From Erysipelotrichia bacterium (GTDB lineage: Bacteria > Bacillota_I > Bacilli_A > RFN20 > CAG-826), in the NCBI GenBank assembly GCA_012522695.1, contig JAAYJX010000110.1, forward strand, positions 1-52,348: 52,348 nt of DNA, written 5' to 3'. Position 1 is the first letter of the stretch; each line of letters opens with the position of its first letter. Below are positions 41,239 to 51,117 of the stretch, in pieces. The position numbers and the translations under genes were made by a program. The notes under the pieces were generated by a model. That model did no database searches. It was not told where the DNA came from and worked only from the letters and a program-made list of their open reading frames with translations.

Positions 41239-41916
41239 TTATAGTAATTTATTTTCAAGGAAAGAATAATAAGAATCAGCACTAATTATTAAATGATCTT
41301 TAAGCTTAATTTTTAGTTTTAATGCTTCGTCTTTTATAACTATTGTTGAAATTATATCTTCATCGCTTGGGTAAGCCTCGCCACCAGGATGGTTATGAAC
41401 AATAACAAAAGAAAAACATTTATGAGATAGTAGTTCAGCAAAAACTTCACCCATTGAAAGAGGAAAATAATGTGCTGTCCCTTTATACATTTTTATTTCT
41501 TTAATAATTTCGCCTCGTGTATTTAATAATAAAAGAATAAATTGCTCTTGAAATTTGTCATAAAAGTATTCACGATATTTTAAAAATAATTCATGTGGCG
41601 TTAGACGACAACTTTTCTTATTTAGGCGATCTTCTTCAAAACGCGAAAACAAAGTAAAAACAGCCCCGATTCGTAAAGAAGAAATTTGATTAAGACCAGG
41701 GATTTCTTTCATTTGTTCAAGGTTGAGGTTTTTTAAAAGGTGAAGGCTTTTAGCTTTAATAAGTAATTGGGTCGCGACATCTAAAGCATTGTGCCCTTTG
41801 ACACCTTGACCAATAATAATCGCTAAAAGTTCAATGTTTGTTAAAGCCTCAAGACCATAAAGTAAAGCCTTTTCTCGCGGCCTTTCATTTATCGGTAAAT
41901 CTTTAATTCGTGGCAA
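41239..41916 (-). CDS. radC: RadC/JAB domain protein
   Basis: ERPREK, ELLAII, HNHPGG..PS.ED and DHLII. Confidence 0.92.
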   Translation of the reverse strand: MPRIKDLPINERPREKALLYGLEALTNIELLAIIIGQGVKGHNALDVATQLLIKAKSLHLLKNLNLEQMKEIPGLNQISSLRIGAVFTLFSRFEEDRLNKKSCRLTPHELFLKYREYFYDKFQEQFILLLLNTRGEIIKEIKMYKGTAHYFPLSMGEVFAELLSHKCFSFVIVHNHPGGEAYPSDEDIISTIVIKDEALKLKIKLKDHLIISADSYYSFLENKLL

Positions 41917-41919
41917 TCA

Positions 41920-42102
41920 CTATTTCCATTCAAACTTAAAGCCGCCAGGTAATGTTGTTGAACCTTTTTCTGACATAAATAGACGATAAACAATAACAGC
42001 GACAATCGCAATTGCAGCAATCGCCATCACTGCCGTTAGGGTAATTACTTCACCAGTAATAATCTTTTTTGTTTCAAATTCATTAAGTAAGCGCAAATTC
42101 AT
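41920..42102 (-). CDS. 60-aa single-TM peptide with a double-glycine-like leader
   Basis: AGAGGA RBS and a hydrophobic core. Ends 3 nt before radC. Confidence 0.7.
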   Translation of the reverse strand: MNLRLLNEFETKKIITGEVITLTAVMAIAAIAIVAVIVYRLFMSEKGSTTLPGGFKFEWK

Positions 42103-42158
42103 AAATCATCCTCCTACTTATATATAGGAAGTTTTTTATAAAAAATGACGCCAACGTG

Positions 42159-44747
42159 TTATTTTAATAATTTGATTTTTTCTAAAACGGCTTTTAAAAG
42201 ATCTTTATTTTTCTCAGCTTTTTCTTTTTCTAAAGCAATTTTTTCTTGAGGTGCTTTTAAAAGAAAACTTTTATTTTCTAACATTGAAGATGAACGAGCT
42301 AATTCTTTTTCTAAAAACTCCTTTTCCTTTTTAAGACTAATTAGTAGTTGCTCTTTATCAATTTCTTCCACTAAGGCTAAAGTAAAAGAATCATAAAAGA
42401 AAAGTGTTGCACTCGTTTCATTAGCTAAATTTTCTTCTAAGACAATTTCTTTAGCAAAGGAAAAACGTTGCAAATATTTATTAAAATGAGGAAATAAAGG
42501 GGTTTTTGCTTCAATTTTGATAATAACTGGGGCATTTGGTGGTAATTGTTTTTTTGTTTTATAATGACGAATATCTTGAATGCTTAAATATAAATCACTA
42601 ATGAGTTGAGATGTTTTTTTCTTTATCATAAATTTCTCAACTTTTGGATATTCTTCAAGCATTATGGAGTTAAAGTGGTGTGGTAAATATTTATATAACT
42701 CTTCAGCAATAAACGGTGTAAATGGTGCGATCATAATTAAAATATTTTTAATCATTAAATATAAAATTTGTTTAATGTTTTCTTGGACTTCATTAGGTAA
42801 AGTTCTTAAACTAACTTTCGACATTTCTAAATAGTCACTGCAAAAATCATCATAAACAAAGTTATATAAATTTTTTAAAGCTAAAGAAAATTGATAGGCT
42901 TCCATATTTTTAATGACTTTTGTTAAAGTCTTCTCATACTTGTTTAATAAATATTCATCAAGCGGAGTTAATAAAGTTTTATTAATTTCTTTAACTTGAA
43001 AGCTTTCATCTAAAAGTGAATAAACATAACGAGCTGAATTCCATATTTTGTTTAAAAAATTACTACTCGCATTTACTTTTTGTTCGCTATATCTTGTATC
43101 TAATCCTGGGGCGGTATTAGCCATTAAAAAATGACGTAAAGCATCGGCTCCATATTTTAAAATGACATCATGAGGATCAACTCCATTATCTAAAGACTTT
43201 GTCATTTTTCTACCAAGTTCATCACGAACAAGACCGTGAATTAAACAATCTTTAAACGGCGACACGCCCGTAAATTCAATCGCTTGGAAAATCATTCGCG
43301 AGACCCAAAAGAAAATAATATCATAACCTGTAACCATCACAGAGTTTGGATAATAACGCTGATAATCTACGCTTTTTATATTAGGCCAACCTAATGTGGC
43401 AAAAGGCCATAAAGCACTAGAAAACCACGTATCTAAAACGTCTTGATCTTGAATGTAGTCATCAATCTTTTTAGGTGGATCAAATGTAACTAAAACTTCG
43501 TTTGTTTCTTTATGATAGTAAACTGGTAAACGATGCCCCCACCATAGTTGACGTGAAATACACCAATCCTCAACATTTTCCATCCAATTTTTAAAAGACT
43601 TATAAAATCTTTTAGGAACGAAATTAACGTCATTTTCTTTTAAGGCTCGTTCGGCTAAGGGCTTCATCTTAATAAACCATTGCTTGCTTAAATAAGGTTC
43701 AACCATTGCCCCGCTTCTTTCACTATGTCCAACTGCATGCGTTATTTTTTCTGTTTTTTCATAAAGATTTGCTTTTTTTATTTTTTCAATGACTTGCTTG
43801 CGTGCTTCAAACCGATCAAGTCCATTAAATTCATTAGCTAATTCATTCATTGTTGCATCAAAATTCATCACAACTTTTTTTGCTAAATTATATTTTTCAC
43901 TAAGAGCAAAATCATTTGGATCATGGGCTGGTGTACATTTCATGACCCCTGTACCAAAATCCATATCAACATATTCATCTGCTAAAATAATTAATTTCTC
44001 GCCATTAGCAGGATTAATAGCGTAGTGATTTATATATTTTTTATAACGCTCATCTTTTTTATTAACAAAAAGCGCAACATCACCAAACATCGTTTCTGGT
44101 CTTGTTGTCGCAACGACTAAATATTCATCACTATTAACTAGGGGATAGCGAAAATAATATAAAGCGCCTTTTGTTTCTTGATGAATAACTTCAATGTTTG
44201 AAAGTGCCGTTTTTAATTCAGGGTCAACATTAATAATTTTTTCACCTTGATAAATTAATCCTTTTTCATAAAGTTTTACAAAAACATGACGAACTGCTAA
44301 ATCAAGCTGCTCATCAAGCGTAAATCTTTCTTTTGAATAATCTAAAGCTAAACCGAGTTCGGCCCATTGCTCACGAATTGAGGATGCATAAAAGTCTTTA
44401 TATTTCCACATTTCTTCTAGAAATGCTTCTCGACCTAATTGATCTTTATATATATTTTTTGTCCGTAAAAGTTGTTCAACTTTGGCTTGCGTTGCAATCC
44501 CAGCATGATCCATCCCAGGAAGCCATAAAACGTCAAAGCCTTGAGCTTTTTTATATCGAGCAATTACATCTTGAATTGTATTATCCCAGGCGTGACCTAA
44601 ATGTAATTTACCCGTTACGTTTGGAGGAGGAATAACTAAAGAAAAAGGAGGTTTCGCTTGATCACCACTTTTAAAATAATTATTTTTTAGCCAAAAATTA
44701 TATTTGCCTTTTTCGACTTCACTTGGATTATATCTTTTTCCTAACAT
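42159..44747 (-). CDS. valS: Valyl-tRNA synthetase
   Basis: PPPNVTGKLHLGH, WCISRQLWWGH and KMTKS. Confidence 0.97.
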   Translation of the reverse strand: MLGKRYNPSEVEKGKYNFWLKNNYFKSGDQAKPPFSLVIPPPNVTGKLHLGHAWDNTIQDVIARYKKAQGFDVLWLPGMDHAGIATQAKVEQLLRTKNIYKDQLGREAFLEEMWKYKDFYASSIREQWAELGLALDYSKERFTLDEQLDLAVRHVFVKLYEKGLIYQGEKIINVDPELKTALSNIEVIHQETKGALYYFRYPLVNSDEYLVVATTRPETMFGDVALFVNKKDERYKKYINHYAINPANGEKLIILADEYVDMDFGTGVMKCTPAHDPNDFALSEKYNLAKKVVMNFDATMNELANEFNGLDRFEARKQVIEKIKKANLYEKTEKITHAVGHSERSGAMVEPYLSKQWFIKMKPLAERALKENDVNFVPKRFYKSFKNWMENVEDWCISRQLWWGHRLPVYYHKETNEVLVTFDPPKKIDDYIQDQDVLDTWFSSALWPFATLGWPNIKSVDYQRYYPNSVMVTGYDIIFFWVSRMIFQAIEFTGVSPFKDCLIHGLVRDELGRKMTKSLDNGVDPHDVILKYGADALRHFLMANTAPGLDTRYSEQKVNASSNFLNKIWNSARYVYSLLDESFQVKEINKTLLTPLDEYLLNKYEKTLTKVIKNMEAYQFSLALKNLYNFVYDDFCSDYLEMSKVSLRTLPNEVQENIKQILYLMIKNILIMIAPFTPFIAEELYKYLPHHFNSIMLEEYPKVEKFMIKKKTSQLISDLYLSIQDIRHYKTKKQLPPNAPVIIKIEAKTPLFPHFNKYLQRFSFAKEIVLEENLANETSATLFFYDSFTLALVEEIDKEQLLISLKKEKEFLEKELARSSSMLENKSFLLKAPQEKIALEKEKAEKNKDLLKAVLEKIKLLK

Positions 44748-44760
44748 ACTTTTTCCTCCA

Positions 44761-44970
44761 AAAGAAAAGCGTCCTTTTGTTTAAGGACGCTAATTAAGCG
44801 CGGTACCACCTTAATTCACATTAAATATGTGCACTTGATTCACTTATAACGCGGTGAGCGGAATATTCCTATTCATCTTCTAAGGCGACAAATTTAAGTA
44901 TTTATTATCATTTTTCACCAAGCAATGACTCTCTAGAAAATAAATGTCTTAAATAACTCCTTATCAATAG
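44761..44970 (-). ncRNA. T-box riboswitch (Val)
   Basis: AGAGA and GGTGAAA boxes, candidate GUC specifier at 44887-44889, T-box AAGGTGGTACCGCG, and a terminator AGCGTCCTT/AAGGACGCT with a U-tract. Confidence 0.9.
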
Positions 44971-45020
44971 ATAAAATTATTATATTAGTTAGTAACTAAA
45001 TTAACAAGTAAATACGACAA

Positions 45021-45737
45021 TTAAGATTCAAGCCGATATCCACTAAGATTTGGCTTAGTTAAGGCAAAGGACTTGTATGAGCCAATAATAGATGATTCAT
45101 AATCCGACCCTTCATCAACAAAAATGGCTTTATGAATTAAATAGTTATCTACATCAATCTCATAATGAGTAGTACTATCATACATTGTGGTTTTAAATTT
45201 AGCATATAAGCTGCCTTCACCTTTTGATTTATATACACCTTCAGCATCTTCTTCTTTAAAACTACCACCAAGATAAAGATTTTTATGACTGATATAAACG
45301 ATTAGTCTATTTTTTTTAATTTCTTCGTTAAATAAATCTCCATCTTTAATCGTGTATGATTTGTCTTCACCGTCATTAAAAGCCAGATAAGTTTTATTGT
45401 CACTCGCTTCATAATAAACCCAATATTCTTGGACTTCTGTTTTATTAGAAGAAGTTGTAGTTGCTTCAGCATAATAATATTTCGCACTACTATCATATTT
45501 TTCTATTTTTTCTACTACCCGCTCATCATCTGGGCCGGTTAGGCCGCTCGTTGTATAATTAAATACCGATCTATTAGGTGTTTCAGAATCACTTCTGTCC
45601 CAATACTCATCAATTTCTTGTGCCCTCTCCTTTGCTTCAAGAAAAGTAATAGGTGTGCTACTTGCGCCAGCAAAACAACTCGTTAATAAAAAAACACCAG
45701 CAATTGCTATAGAAAATAGCCAGCTTCTTTTTTTCAC
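45021..45737 (-). CDS. Lipoprotein of unknown function (paralog A)
   Basis: Signal peptide and lipobox MKKRSWLFSIAIAGVFLLTSC, AAGGAGG RBS, TGCTATAAT promoter. Confidence 0.85.
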   Translation of the reverse strand: MKKRSWLFSIAIAGVFLLTSCFAGASSTPITFLEAKERAQEIDEYWDRSDSETPNRSVFNYTTSGLTGPDDERVVEKIEKYDSSAKYYYAEATTTSSNKTEVQEYWVYYEASDNKTYLAFNDGEDKSYTIKDGDLFNEEIKKNRLIVYISHKNLYLGGSFKEEDAEGVYKSKGEGSLYAKFKTTMYDSTTHYEIDVDNYLIHKAIFVDEGSDYESSIIGSYKSFALTKPNLSGYRLES

Positions 45738-46031
45738 TTTAAAACCCTCCTTCGTTTAATTCATTATAGCAAAAAAGGGATTTCGGAAAAAAAATTAAAA
45801 AAATAGTTAAGTCTTTTAAAAACCTGCGTTATTACATAAACCGTAATTAGTTCAAGAATATTAAAGAAAAGGAGATTTAAAGGTAATTATCTAACGTTTG
45901 AAAACACTTATCTATAGATAAAAATATACTAATTTTCACCTTAAATTTCGGTTAGGTAATATGAAAGAGGAAACTAGTTCAATATTGCCCGTATTTTTTA
46001 AGAAACAGAATTTAATTTAATATTTAGTTCA

Positions 46032-46730
46032 TTAAGAAATAAGTGTGTAATCACTTAGGTTTGGTTTAGTTAAGGTAAAAGATTTATATGTGGCGGTAAC
46101 TAAATATTCATAATTTAGCGAATCAGATTTCTCAAACATCTTATGAATTAAATAGTCTTGGATATCAATTTCACCTTCTAATTCTATCCCTTCTTTTACC
46201 ACTTTAAATTTAGCATACAAATGTCCTTCGCCTTTTGACTTATATTCACCTTCAGAATGTGTTGCAGCAAAGATATCTGAAAGACCCATTTGGTAATGCA
46301 AAGATTCAACAGCAGAACCATAAAAATCCATCGTTTCTTCAAAAGTGTCGCCATCATCATAGAAATAATCTTTGTCTTCCTCATCATAAACAAAATAAGT
46401 TTTATCAGTGCTATCATCATAATATATCCACATTTCTGAGGAAAATGTTTCGCCTTCGACTGATGTAATTGATTTGCTATAAAGATATTTAGCATCTCTA
46501 TCATATTTTTCTGTTGTGTCCATTGTCGCATAGACACCTAACATATTTCCTTTTACTTTCCCAGTAAAAGTAGATTTTGCAGGAATTTTCGCGCCATCTT
46601 TTGTCCAGTAAGTATCAATTTCTTGTGCTCTTACTTTTGCTTCGTCAAAGGTGAGCGTTTTGTTAGAGCATCCGCCCAACAAAAAGACCCCAACTAGTGC
46701 TATTGAAAATAGCCAGCTTCTTTATTTCAT
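46032..46730 (-). pseudogene. Lipoprotein paralog B with a nonsense codon at position 3
   Basis: ATG AAA TAA AGA AGC TGG... reads MK*RSWLFSIALVGVFLLGGC and is in frame with the 216-aa ORF. It shares RAQEID, YKSKGEG.LYAKFK, YLIHK and LTKPNLS with paralog A. Confidence 0.85.
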
Positions 46731-46805
46731 TTTAAAATTCTCCTTGCTTATTCTATTATAGCAAATGAGACTTTTTTGCAAATGAAATTAAGGAAATAAA
46801 CCTAA

Positions 46806-47378
46806 TTATAAAATATTATGTATTTTAACGCGGAGATTATTTATTGAAATTTCATCCTTGATACTAACGAGTAAGTAATCTTTTTCAGAAAATGAAGAAG
46901 AAAACTCTTTAAAGTTATTTTTAATCGCCGCTTTTGCTTTTTGATTTAACTTATCACTTTTTGTTAAAACGAGTAAAACGTTAATCTTTTCTTCTTTTAA
47001 AAAATGAAAAAAAGCAATATCTTCTTCTTTAGGTATTCTTCTAGAATCAAATAAAAAAACAACAAGATGGGGTTTGTGTTTTAAAAAATAAGTTTCCATC
47101 ATTTCGCCAAAAGCATCTTGAGGGCCTTTCGAAATATAACCAAAACCAGGAGCGTCGACTAAATAAAATTTTTGATCAACATTAAAATAGTTTAATAATT
47201 TTGTATGGCCTGGTTTTGATGATGTATAAGCTAGTGATTTACGATTAACTAAAGCATTAATTAAAGAAGATTTTCCGACATTACTGCGTCCAACAAATAA
47301 AACGTCGTTTAAATCTTTCGGTCGATCTTTAACATTAACAACACTCGTTATAAAACTTACATTTGAAAAATTAATCAT
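46806..47378 (-). CDS. engB: GTP-binding protein EngB/YsxC
   Basis: GRSNVGKSS, DAPGFG and TKSDK. Follows lon. Confidence 0.95.
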   Translation of the reverse strand: MINFSNVSFITSVVNVKDRPKDLNDVLFVGRSNVGKSSLINALVNRKSLAYTSSKPGHTKLLNYFNVDQKFYLVDAPGFGYISKGPQDAFGEMMETYFLKHKPHLVVFLFDSRRIPKEEDIAFFHFLKEEKINVLLVLTKSDKLNQKAKAAIKNNFKEFSSSFSEKDYLLVSIKDEISINNLRVKIHNIL

Positions 47379-49694
47379 TTATTTAACGCAAGCGACATTT
47401 AATGCGTCATCAACTGTTTTCATATAAACGATTGTTAAAGAGTCTTTAACTTCTTTTGGTAGTTCTTCAACATCTTTTTTATTATCTTGTGGGATAACGA
47501 TTGTTTTAATACCACTTCTTAAAGCGGCTAGAGATTTTTCTCTTAATCCCCCAATTGCTAGGGCGTGTCCGCGTAAAGTAATTTCACCCGTCATCGCAAC
47601 ATTAGCATTAATTGGTGTTTTCGTAAAAGAAGAAATAATGGCGGTTGTAATGGCAATACCCGCACTTGGTCCTTCTTTTGAAACAGCGCCTTCTGGAACG
47701 TGAATATGAATATCGTTTTTTTCAAAAACTTCAGAAGCAATCGCATATTTTGTCGCATTACTTTTAATATAGTCTAAAGCAATACTTGCACTTTCTTTCA
47801 TAACTTCACCTAATTTACCCGTTAAAACTAAACTACCTTTACCAGGAAAATAATTAACTTCAATTGGTAAAATTGAGCCACCATAACCTGTATAAGCTAA
47901 ACCGGTGACAACGCCAATTTGGTTTTCTTTTTCTTTTTTAGTATCCTCAAATATTTCAATACCTAAATGTTTTTTAACGAGTTCAGGCGTAACATTAATT
48001 TCCGTTAATTTGGGATTTTTTACAATTTCAACGACAATTTTACGAATAATTGAAGCAATTTTCCGTTCTAATTCACGTACACCGGCTTCACGAGTGTAAA
48101 ATTGAATAATATATTGAAAAGCTTCATCAGTAAAAGTTATATTTTGTTTTTCAATACCGTTCGCGTGTAATTGTTTTTTTAATAAGAAATTTTTAGCAAT
48201 TTGAATTTTTTCTAGTTCGGTATAAGAATTAACTTCAATTAATTCAAGACGATCACGTAAGGGCTCAGGAATATTTTGCAAATAATTAGCTGTTGCAATA
48301 AAAAGAACACTACTTAAATCATAAGGTTCTTCAATGTAATTGTCATTAAAGGCAAAGTTTTGTTCAGGATCTAATACTTCAAGTAAAGCACTAGAAGGAT
48401 CACCGCGATGAGAAAAACCGAGTTTATCAACTTCATCAAGTAAAAAGACCGGGTTTGAAACACCGACTTTTTTCATACCATTAATAATCCGACCAGGCAT
48501 ACTACCGACATAAGTTCGACGATGGCCACGAATTTCTGATTCATCGGAAATACCTCCTAATGAAGCTTTAAAAAACTTACGATTAAGAGCGCGGGCAATC
48601 GAACGACCTAAAGACGTTTTACCAACACCTGGCGGGCCATGAAATCATAAAATTGGCGCTTTTAAATTACCCGTCATTTTTTTAACAGCTAAATATTCAA
48701 TAATTCGTTTTTTTACTTGATCAAGACCATAGTGATCTTCATCTAAAATACGTTCAGCTTCAGCTAAGTCATCATTATCTTCCGTTTTTTGATACCACGG
48801 AATAGCCATCATGATATCAATATAGTTTTTAATAAGCGAAGCTTCTAAAGAAGCTTGTGGCATCATTTCATATCGTTTTAATTCAGCTTTAATTTTCGCT
48901 TTAATATGTTCTGGATAAGGATTATTTTCTAACTTTTCTAAAGTGTCTTCTTCGCCTTCATCAATTTCACCGAGCTCTTCTTTAATCGCCCGCATCTTTT
49001 CACGTAAAATATAATCGCGTTGATTTTTAGAAGTTGACTTTTGAATCGACTCTTGAATTCGTTTTTCGATTTCGGCTTCTTCTTGAATACTTGAAATGAT
49101 TTCTAAAATCATCATACCACGTGTTTCAAGTCTTGTTTCTTCTAGAAGAAGTTGCTTTTTTTGATTAGAAAATTCTAAATAATAAGCTAAAACGTCACTT
49201 AATTCACTTAATGACGTATTACCGCCAGTAATAAGACGACGGAAAACATCAGCCGGTAAAGAACGAAACCATCCTTTTGATGTATCGAGTTGATGTAAAA
49301 TATTTTTGCGAATAATTTCGGCTTCTTGCGTGTTTTGAATAAAGTCTTCTAAGACAGTTCCATTAGCGACATATGTCCCTCTTTCAAGGTGGATATCATT
49401 AAAAGCGACACGTTTAGTTGCACTCACACGAATTCGATAAGTATCTTTTTGTTCACTAAAAGAAACGATGCGACATAATGTTCCAACCCGATATAAATCT
49501 TTAATATTTGGCTGATCAGTTTCGACATCTTTTTGACTAACAACGAATAAATATGAATCGTATTCACTACGGCTTTGGTTAATTGCTTCAATCGAAAAAG
49601 GCCGGCCAGCATCAATTGGTACTTGGCTAAAGGGGAAAGTTACTACACTTCTCGTCACAAGAAGTGGTAAGGTAAGTTTTTCTAATTGTGTCAT
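47379..49694 (-). CDS. lon: ATP-dependent protease Lon: one frame with an internal TGA at 48645-48647 (recoded, nonsense allele or sequencing error)
   Basis: The two track ORFs are in the same frame. The gap reads KAPIL*FHGPPGVGKTSLGRSIARAL...GHRRTYVGSMPGR. Walker B LLDEVDK and catalytic GPSAG are intact. Confidence 0.92.
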
Positions 49695-49723
49695 ATTTCT
49701 CCTTTATAAATTAATTATACTAA

Positions 49724-50998
49724 TTAATCGTTATTATTTAAAATAAATTCTTGAATACGACGAGCACGAACATCAGCGACAAAGCGATCCATATTGTCTT
49801 TAAGAATCTTTTTGACTTCATCTAAAGGCATTTGATATTGATCAGCAACTTTTGCTAATTCAAATTCGATTTCATCTTCTTCAACTTTAATATCTTCAAC
49901 TTCAGCGATTTTTTCAAGAACTAAAATTGAACGAATATTTTCTTCAGCCTCTTTGGCCATCGTTTCTTTCATCGTTTCAACACTTTGGCCAGTAATTTGT
50001 AAATAATTTTCTAAAGTTAAACCTTGTTGGGCAACTTGTTTGTTTAAGTTTTCTTGCATTGCTTCAACTTCACTATCAATAATTTCTTGAGCAACGTCAA
50101 TTTTAGCGTCTTCCCGAATTAATTTTAATAAACCTTCGAAGTAATCGCGTTTAAGGCCATCTTCTTTTTGTTTTAACAGGCGGGCTTTTTCGTGTGCTTT
50201 TAAATCGTCAAGTGTTTTCACATTTGGTAAATTCACATCTTTAACGAATTCTTCATTTAATTCAGGAATCTTTTTTTCTTTCACTTCGTGAACTTTAACT
50301 TTAAAAAGTGCTTCTTTACTAGCGAGTTCAGGAACGTATTCTTTAGGAAAAGTAACTTTAATATCTTTATTTTCATTTGCTTTTAAACCAACGAGTTGTT
50401 CTTCAAAGCCTGGGACAAATTGGTTTGAACCAAGTTCTAAAGCATAGTTTTCACCTTTACCACCTTCGAATGGTTTTTCATCAACGAAACCTTCAAAATC
50501 AATAATAACCGTATGGCCAAGTTCTGCTGCTTTTTCAATAACGACTAAAGAAGCATGTTGATTTTTAAGTGCTTCAAGTGCTCCGCTAACTTCTTCATCG
50601 CTAACTTCAGCAACTTTCTTTTCAACGTGTAAGTCTTTATATTTACCAAGTGTTACTTCAGGAGCAAGAATTAACGTAAATTTTAATTCAAGTTCAGTAT
50701 CACTTAATTTCGTCACATCTACTTTTGGACGAGCAAAAGGACGTAATTTTTCTTCATTTAAAACGCTCGTATATGTTTCTTGAAGTAAAGAATTAATCGC
50801 TCGGTCAAAAACTTGTCCTTGATCAACTTTTGCTTTAACCATATCGATCGGAGCCTTACCTTTGCGAAAACCTTTAATTTCAACGTTCTCAGCTAATTTG
50901 TTAAAAGCCGTTTGTTGGGCTTTTTTCCATTTTTCTTGTTCGATTTGAACAAGAACTTCAACTTTACCATTTTCTAATTTCGTTACTTGTTTTTCCAT
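49724..50998 (-). CDS. tig: Trigger factor
   Basis: GFRKGKAP and an FKBP domain (IDFEG...FVPGFEEQL). Confidence 0.96.
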   Translation of the reverse strand: MEKQVTKLENGKVEVLVQIEQEKWKKAQQTAFNKLAENVEIKGFRKGKAPIDMVKAKVDQGQVFDRAINSLLQETYTSVLNEEKLRPFARPKVDVTKLSDTELELKFTLILAPEVTLGKYKDLHVEKKVAEVSDEEVSGALEALKNQHASLVVIEKAAELGHTVIIDFEGFVDEKPFEGGKGENYALELGSNQFVPGFEEQLVGLKANENKDIKVTFPKEYVPELASKEALFKVKVHEVKEKKIPELNEEFVKDVNLPNVKTLDDLKAHEKARLLKQKEDGLKRDYFEGLLKLIREDAKIDVAQEIIDSEVEAMQENLNKQVAQQGLTLENYLQITGQSVETMKETMAKEAEENIRSILVLEKIAEVEDIKVEEDEIEFELAKVADQYQMPLDEVKKILKDNMDRFVADVRARRIQEFILNNND

Positions 50999-51041
50999 CT
51001 TCTATTTTTCTCCTTTAATTTCTAAATTAACAATCTTATAA

Positions 51042-51070
51042 AGTATATAAAACATCTCACACTTTTTCAA
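51042..51070 (-). promoter_or_regulatory. SigA promoter of tig-lon-engB
   Basis: TTGAAA-17 nt-TATACT. Confidence 0.65.
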
Positions 51071-51117
51071 ATAAAACACTAATTAAATGAACGATTGCGC
51101 TTTTTATTAATTTATTT

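Noticed and set aside
45738-46031. Hidden gene or invertible switch between the lipoprotein paralogs
   Set aside because: The region is AT-rich, with no credible ORF or long inverted repeats. Only the paralog A promoter is recognisable.
969-49615. Short track ORFs antisense to or nested in real genes (e.g. 969-1151, 2973-3158, 4372-4590, 4915-5184, 7786-8049, 15500-15697, 29467-29679, 39014-39310, 40101-40328, 44333-44635, 46196-46537)
   Set aside because: They are shadow frames of well-supported genes, with no recognisable motifs.
47379-49694. Two separate genes (lonB/lonA) or a frameshift
   Set aside because: Both ORFs are in the same frame, and the 144-nt gap encodes the Walker A region of a single Lon.
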